DNA of 64,000 bases. It comes from Lama guanicoe (lineage: Eukaryota). Positions within the stretch are counted from its first letter, which is position 1. Each line of letters starts with the position of its first letter. A model generated the notes under the pieces. That model was not told the DNA's origin and did not search any database. It saw nothing but the letters and a program-made list of their open reading frames with translations. The position numbers and the translations under genes were made by a program. The DNA is taken from assembly GCA_013239625.1 (NCBI GenBank), contig MU057102.1:558001-622000 (forward strand). Direction: 5' to 3'. Of the stretch, positions 57,934-64,000 are shown one piece after another.

Positions 57934-60900
57934 TCCACCTACCCATCATCCATCCTCCCATCTACCCATCCATTCATCCATTTTCCCATTTCTTATCCAT
58001 CCACTTTGCTACCCAGCCTTGTTATAGGAGAAGGAAATACAGAAGAGTTCTCATGTGAGTAGGAGACACCCTGCGTTTAAGCCCCCTTGGGGCATCCCAT
58101 TCATTGGCACGCTCTTTCCTGGCCCCTGGACCAGGCAGTGTTGGGCTTTGAAAGGAGACTGAGCCAGGATGCATCCCTCCAGGGGCTGACGGCCGCAGCT
58201 GGGAGAGGGCAGACACCAGCGACAGGCGCAGCAGGGGTGGGATCAGGGTCTTCAGGGAGATGCAGGGCAGGAGGTGCCCAGGTGGGGGCGGGGCAGGCAG
58301 GGAGGCTGGGAGCAGACTGCCTTCGGGAGAGCAGCTGGCACTCTGGGCCGTGCGGCTCAGGACACGAGCCCCGACCTCTCTGGGCCTCCCTCGCCTCAGC
58401 TGCACACGGAGCCGCTGCCTCGGACTTCACTGGGGCCATGGTGAGGGGCTGTCCCTGGGACGGACCCTTCGGAGAGGGGGTGGTTGTCGTGGGTGCTGAT
58501 TAAGTGGCAGCTGAGCTTTCACAGTAGTTCTGCCTGTGCTGGTCTCAGAGGTCACCACAGGGAGGGGCATCAGAGCTGAGTCTTTACAGGTTTGCAGGAG
58601 GGAAGTTTGCAGCCTGGGCGGGAAGGAGGCGTTTAGGGCCATCCTGAGACCGGAGGGCGGCGGGAGCGGAGGGGCAGCGGCGTCAGGCTGGACCAGGACT
58701 CGTGTTGTCCGCGGTGCCCTGCTGGAGCTGAGGGTGTCTGCTTCAGGCGAGGGAACGCGTCATAATGGTCAGGGAGTGATAGCTGGGGACACAGGCCGGG
58801 CGCTAAGCCAGGAGGAGGGACCTGGGACACTGCTGGGACTGAGCACCTGAGAGCGCCCAGCCCCACGGAGCCCACGTGCCTGGGCGGGAGACAGACCAGT
58901 AGAAGAGGGAATGCCAGTGCTTTACCAGGTGGCCTCACTGCGCTACCCTCAGGGCCCAGAGCAGCGCTCGGCCTCTGGGGAGCATTTCATGCAGATACGT
59001 GACATTGGAGTGATGAGTCTGGGAGGAAAGGGACAGTGGCAGAGGGAGTGGGAGATGCTGTTTCAAATGAGCCAGTCAGGGAGGCCCCTCCGAGGAGGAA
59101 CCATTATGTGAGGGAGGAGACCAGCCTGGAAGGGTTGAAGGGGAGAGAGTTCCAGGCCGAGGGTATGGCTGAGGCGGAGGCTGGAGGCCTGGGGACGTGT
59201 TTCTGTGGCTCTGGTCCTGTGTGCGTCTCTGCCCTGTGTGCCATCCAGCATCCTTCCCCGGCGGCCCTGTCTCTCCCTCCTCCACTCTCGCACCTGCATC
59301 TCCTGACCCATCTCAGATCTCACGAAGCGCCCTGCAGATTCCAGGGAGCAGTTCCGTGCCTTCTGGCTTCTCCAGGACAGAGCCTCTGTGCTCCCCCGTG
59401 ATTATCTTTTCAATTAACCCCCCCATTCCTGAAGTATAAGAGAAGCCTTCAGACGTATGGCTGCAGCCCGGGCCCTAATTTGTTCTAAGTGGACCTTGTA
59501 AATGATAGGACTGTCCTGGGCATCTGGGCCACATCACTGTCACCTTCGTTCTGAGGAGGGGGCAGCTGTTCCCCCAGGAGAAGCTCGCTGGGTCCCCCAC
59601 CCCACTGTGACACAGTGGCTGACCGGGCAGCTACGGGAGGTCTGAGTGGGTCCTGGGAGAAGGCCATTTCCAGGGGCAGGCACGTGAGAATGAACTGGGT
59701 CATTGATGCTGCTGGCCCAGGTTTGCAACAAGGCTCCTTCCTCTGGGTCTGGAAACACATGTTGTTTTGCAGGTGACATTTGTGAAATGCAACAATCCAC
59801 GTGCCCAGGCAGAATGACCCCCAACGGGAGGCCTTTACCCAGGCTTGTAGGTCAAAGTCCAAGCAGTCTTGGCCCCACCCCTCACGCTTACAGGACTGGA
59901 GGCTTAAGGAGTAGGGACCCGAGGTCTAGAGGAAGGCCAGGGCGTCCAGTTTGACTTCCCTGTTCACTAGCCCCAGATCCTGGTGTCTCTGAGATTACAC
60001 CTCCTCGTCCACAGCGCAAGGATGAGTGTCCCCCTCCTGGGCTGCTGTGACACCAGCAGGTAGCCCGGGGCACACTCCTGTGGCCTTCTTTGTGCCAGTG
60101 CCTCCTGGGAGGGCAGCTCGAGGTAGGGGTCCCAGAGACTCGTTGGCCTACAGTGGACAGACAGGCCCAGAGGAAGGGCCAGGGGCTGGCTGCACAGAGG
60201 GGCCTCCCCCACCTTCTGGTTGGGGAAGGTTCAGGGGAGGCGTTGGGAGAAGCAGTGGCCAAGTGGGACTTGCTGGGTGGGAAGGGGTGGAGGAAAGGGG
60301 GGCCGAACTAGGTGGGCTTCCCACATCAGGGGGATGAGGGGATCCACAGCTGGGTCAGGGGGCAGGCACTGGGGGACAGATGACAAGGGTGGAGTCAGGT
60401 AATGAAGGACCTTGCACGTTGGTGCCAAACCCAAGTGCTTGGTCGCTGCCCTTCAGGAGGGGCCTGTGAAGGGGCAGGGGGTGGACAGAGAGCCCCCCAA
60501 CCCTCACCCCCTCCCCACATTTCTTTCATGTATGTGCTCTTCTCAGAAGGACCTGGGAGCACAGACTCATAAGCCGGGACCCGTGTGGAGAGGCGGCGAG
60601 CGGGCCCAGCCACACCTCCCGCCGACTGCAGCAGGAAAGGGCTCCCTGGACCGGGGCGGGCGGGGCCTCGTCACCTGTGTCATTAGCGTCCGTCTGGGAG
60701 GCTCCCACGCTCTGGAACTGATTCGACTGGGAGGCGGGACAGGAGTAACCGAACAAAATTTCATCAACTCAGATTGTGAAGGAAAGCACGAGTTGACCGG
60801 GGCCTAAGTGTTAATGGGGAAAAAAATCTTAATCCCTGAGACATAATTGTCAATGTGATACTCCGTTTCATCGATTCCTTTGCCAGCGATGGTCTGAGCC

Positions 60901-61477
60901 GCTGGCGGGTGCGGCTTTGTTAGACTAGCACTATCAGGCTCGCCAGGGCAGCCGGCCTTTGTTCTGGGCACTGATTGCTAATTGTTTTATATTAAAGCAT
61001 CTAAGGGAGGAATGGTGTTAGGAGTGCAAAGCTGACGAGTAAACATGAAAAACTGTTGCTAGAACAAATAGCCTGTCAGTAAAACATCAACAGATGTGTG
61101 TTTACTGAACTGACTGTGACGGGTTGGGTGGAGGGTCTGCTACATGCTGGGTGTACTGAGGTGCAAGGTATGTGTCCCCAAGGAACCCAGAGGCCAGTGG
61201 GTGACTCAGATACCAGAAGGGTGATGTCCACCAGGGGATGGACGGTCAGGAGGTACCTGTGGGCAAGGGCCTCGGGTGGCTCCAAAGATGGGGGTCAAGT
61301 AGGGCTGGAGAGTGACAGCTCCAGGAAGGGGCAGTAGCAGGTGCAGAGGTTCAGAGGCAGGATTCCCTGGAACTTTCTAGAAAGTTGGTAGGCAGAAGCC
61401 TAGGGGTCATAATTTAGGGATCCTGGTGGGATGAGGCTAGAAACTAAGATGAAATCCGTTCACAAAGGGTCCTGGAC

Positions 61478-61530
61478 GCACACACATTCTCTCTTACACA
61501 CTCATACACACACACACACGCACACACTCA
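61478..61530 (+). repeat. Imperfect (CA)n microsatellite
   Basis: Direct inspection. Confidence 0.9.
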
Positions 61531-63561
61531 GCTCGCTTCTGGCTTGGACGGTGGTCCCACAGTGCGCAAACCATGCAGTGACTGACTCTTCTCACACCGC
61601 GCAGAGAAGGATCTGGTGAGACTGGGAGATGCAGAGCCAGGGGCAGCATTCTCGTGAGGGCATTCTCTTACTGTCACCTGGCCTGCCTGGTTAGGACCCG
61701 CACGTGAGCCCACGGGGGGAGCTGAGATGCTTGGTTCCACGGCCACTGCCTCCCAGTGTTGGTGCCTCCGCCAGAAGCCCAGTTTCTTCCTGACATTCAG
61801 CTGTTATTGAGCAAGACTGTGCCAAGCCACAGGCCTGGAGGCGAGGGGCAGGCATTGAGGCCACCTGGCCTTCTGCTCCTCGATGAGATCCAAATGCTGC
61901 TGTTGTCAGGAAGCCTTGCTGGAGGTCGTCCATCGAGAATTTGCCAAAGTGGGATTGCAGAGTGTGTGGTGGTGTGTGCCGGGGAGGGGCGCCCCGTTCA
62001 CAGGGTCACAGTCCCGTGGCCGGGGCTGGTCACACCATGGGGGGGGTGTCACCATCCTGCCTGGCAATCCAAGTTGGCTCCCTTTCTTTGTGGGTTGGTC
62101 TCAGAAATTGGTCGGCTTGGTGGGCACATATCGTCTGAAATTCTCAGGGGCCAAGTCTGATTTGCTTTTTGTTGAATAGGAGTCACCACCCACCTTTGCC
62201 GTGTAATAGAGTTTGATACTACCTTGGCTGGAGGTCAGAGGAGGGGGCAGGATGGTTAGGCCATGATGATCGGTGGTGAAGCAGATGCTGGAGGAGGTGG
62301 GCAGGAGGTCACCCCCGAACCAGATGCTCCGCCCTGGCTCCAGCCCTTGCTGGGAAAGGCGTGCTGGACCCAGGACTTGGGCTTTGGACCGAAGTCATCT
62401 TCTCTTCCTGCCCTGGATGCTTTCCTGGAATTGTGGAGGCTGATGGAGTGATTGCCTCAGCTAATTCAAAGCCAGCCCTGGGGTAACAGAACTCAAAATT
62501 AACAGCGTGGGCAGGTGCCCACAGAGTAATTTAATTGAGTTCAAACAGCTCGTTTGGAGAGCCCGTGACATCCCAGGGCTCATTAGACCTTGGGAATCCC
62601 AACACGGACAAGAGGCTTACCCTCTACCCTCCAGCCCTGAGAGTCTAGTGAGCAGACGGTCACACATGCCACAAAATCGTACGCACCGTCACTATGCTTT
62701 GTAGTGAGATGTAGAACAGAGCAAAGAGCAGGAGATGCTAGCCGTGCTGTGTGCTGGGGCGCTTTGGAGAGGGCCGCAAAGAGGAGGTGCCATTTGAGAA
62801 GGGCTTTGGGGGGTGTGTAGGAGTTTTCCAGGCCAACCTGGAAGGTATCACTTTTGAACACAGAAGACAAAACATGCAAGGGCAGAGAGGCTAAAAAATG
62901 TGGGGCCCGTCCTTGGTGCGCTGTTTGGGTGTGGTGGTGGTGCTGGCTGCGGGAGATGCGGCCTCATAGCCAGGGTGGGGGCAGGTGAAGAGAGGCCCGC
63001 ATTCCAGTCGAGGGCGTTGGAGTTGATGCTGAGGTGGCGGGAGTGACCTGCAAGCTGGAGAGTGACCTGTGGTCAGGTGGGCAGCCCCTGTGTGGTGGGA
63101 TGAGGGGACAAGGGCATCTGGAGCCTGGGGAGGAGGCGGCAGCTCTGCCGCAGGCGGGAAGCCCTGAGGTCCGGGTCGCGCTGCAGCCTGGGCAGCGCAG
63201 GAGAGGGTGTGGGGGCTCGTCTGGGTTTGCTGGGGCCTGTCCCTGGGACTGAGGGAGGAGGAAGCTCTGAGGGCCTTGCTAGGCGGTCACAGGGGCGCAG
63301 GGAAGGGGCCACATAATGACAGGCTTATCACGACCTGGACTTGTCACTTGGCAGGTGTGAAGTCAGGTAACTGGGGAGATGGACGCACAGGGCACCGGGC
63401 ACTGGGGTGGGAAAGAAGGCAGACACGCTGCCCACCTGAGGCCGTGGCCAAAGCCAGGGCGTGCGTCTGGGCCCCCCTCCCGCCTGCCCTCTCCCCTGGT
63501 GTGTACGTCTGCAGCGTTTGGGAGCAGGAAGAGCCCAGGTTGAACCGCGGAGCAACTGCTC

Positions 63562-64000
63562 GTGTCCTAGTTAGGGCGCTGCGGGTTGCAAAACAGAAAC
63601 TGACTCCAGGCGGCTTACGTACAGTGAGATTCGTGATAGGAAGGGCAGGCAGCCCCGTGGGTGAGCGTCGCTGAGTGGGGACAGCGCGCTTGGAAGCCAG
63701 GGTGGCCCTGTCCGCTCTCTCTCCCTCGTTGTCGGCGGCTCCTCCCGCCGCCCGCTGGGGAACTAGCCCTCTGCTGCTCTGCGGCCGGGGGCTCTGCCTG
63801 CTCCACCGACGCCCCGCCCAACACGGCAGCCTTGGACCGTGAGTCTGGATCGTGGAACCCTTCCCGGACGCGCTCAGCCAGCTTCTCCAGCCCTAATTCC
63901 AAATTCCCAGGAAAGAGAACATGGCAGACTCCCCCAGGCCAGTGTCCAGGCCTGGTGCAGCCAGCTGTGGCCAGATGTGCAGGGACCCGTGTGGTGTGCT
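63562..64000 (-). mobile_element. Old MLT1 (K/J-like) LTR, unusually CpG-rich
   Basis: tgtcctagttagggcgctgcgggttgcaaaacagaaactgactccaggcggctta...; 3' part aattccaaattcccaggaaagagaac...cagccagctgtggccag. Confidence 0.55.

Larger units (their letters stand above)
5375..64000 (+). other. SORCS2: 5' part of the large SORCS2 intron 2, hosting PSAPL1
   Basis: Starts at GTAAGT. No further SorCS2 exon recognised in the window, consistent with my recollection that this intron exceeds 100 kb in human and contains PSAPL1. Confidence 0.8.

Noticed and set aside
50000-58000. Orthologue of a human intronic SORCS2 microRNA annotation (MIR4274, from memory)
   Set aside because: I could not find a matching hairpin or mature sequence by eye; a BLAST/Infernal search would be needed.
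1-64000. tRNA, rRNA, snRNA genes, prokaryote-type systems or intact transposon ORFs
   Set aside because: None recognised; all transposons are truncated fossils.

Overview
GC-rich mammalian genomic DNA, most likely a camelid. That assignment is inferred from recalled camelid-type L1 3' ends and from seeing no Alu, B1/B2, Bov-tA/BovB, PRE-1 or Can-SINE copies. The whole window lies inside SORCS2 (+ strand): the end of one intron, a single 68-bp coding exon at 5307-5374 (VILILTKYYHADMGKVLESSLWR, exon 2 in the human numbering as I recall it), then about 58.6 kb of the next intron. Nested antisense in that intron is the intact, intronless PSAPL1 (prosaposin-like 1) gene (CDS 31244->29652, 530 aa) with a compact TATA-like/GC-box/AP-1 promoter. 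The rest is old interspersed repeats (MIR, L2, L1M, MLT1, MER5A, MER45A, MER63A), a few younger L1 3' fragments, simple repeats, three N-gaps and several unique non-coding blocks that look like enhancers. Nearly all other entries in the ORF track are chance ORFs. I found no demonstrably new biological system. The best leads are: (1) an apparent 1-bp frameshift giving PSAPL1 a new C-terminal tail; (2) a near-perfect CTCF motif inside the PSAPL1 CDS; (3) a 176-bp local duplication with a 103-bp identical core; (4) a minisatellite grown out of a MER63A transposon end; (5) a candidate internal SORCS2 promoter/first exon near 44.3 kb. Repeat names and human comparisons come from memory, and repeat boundaries are approximate.
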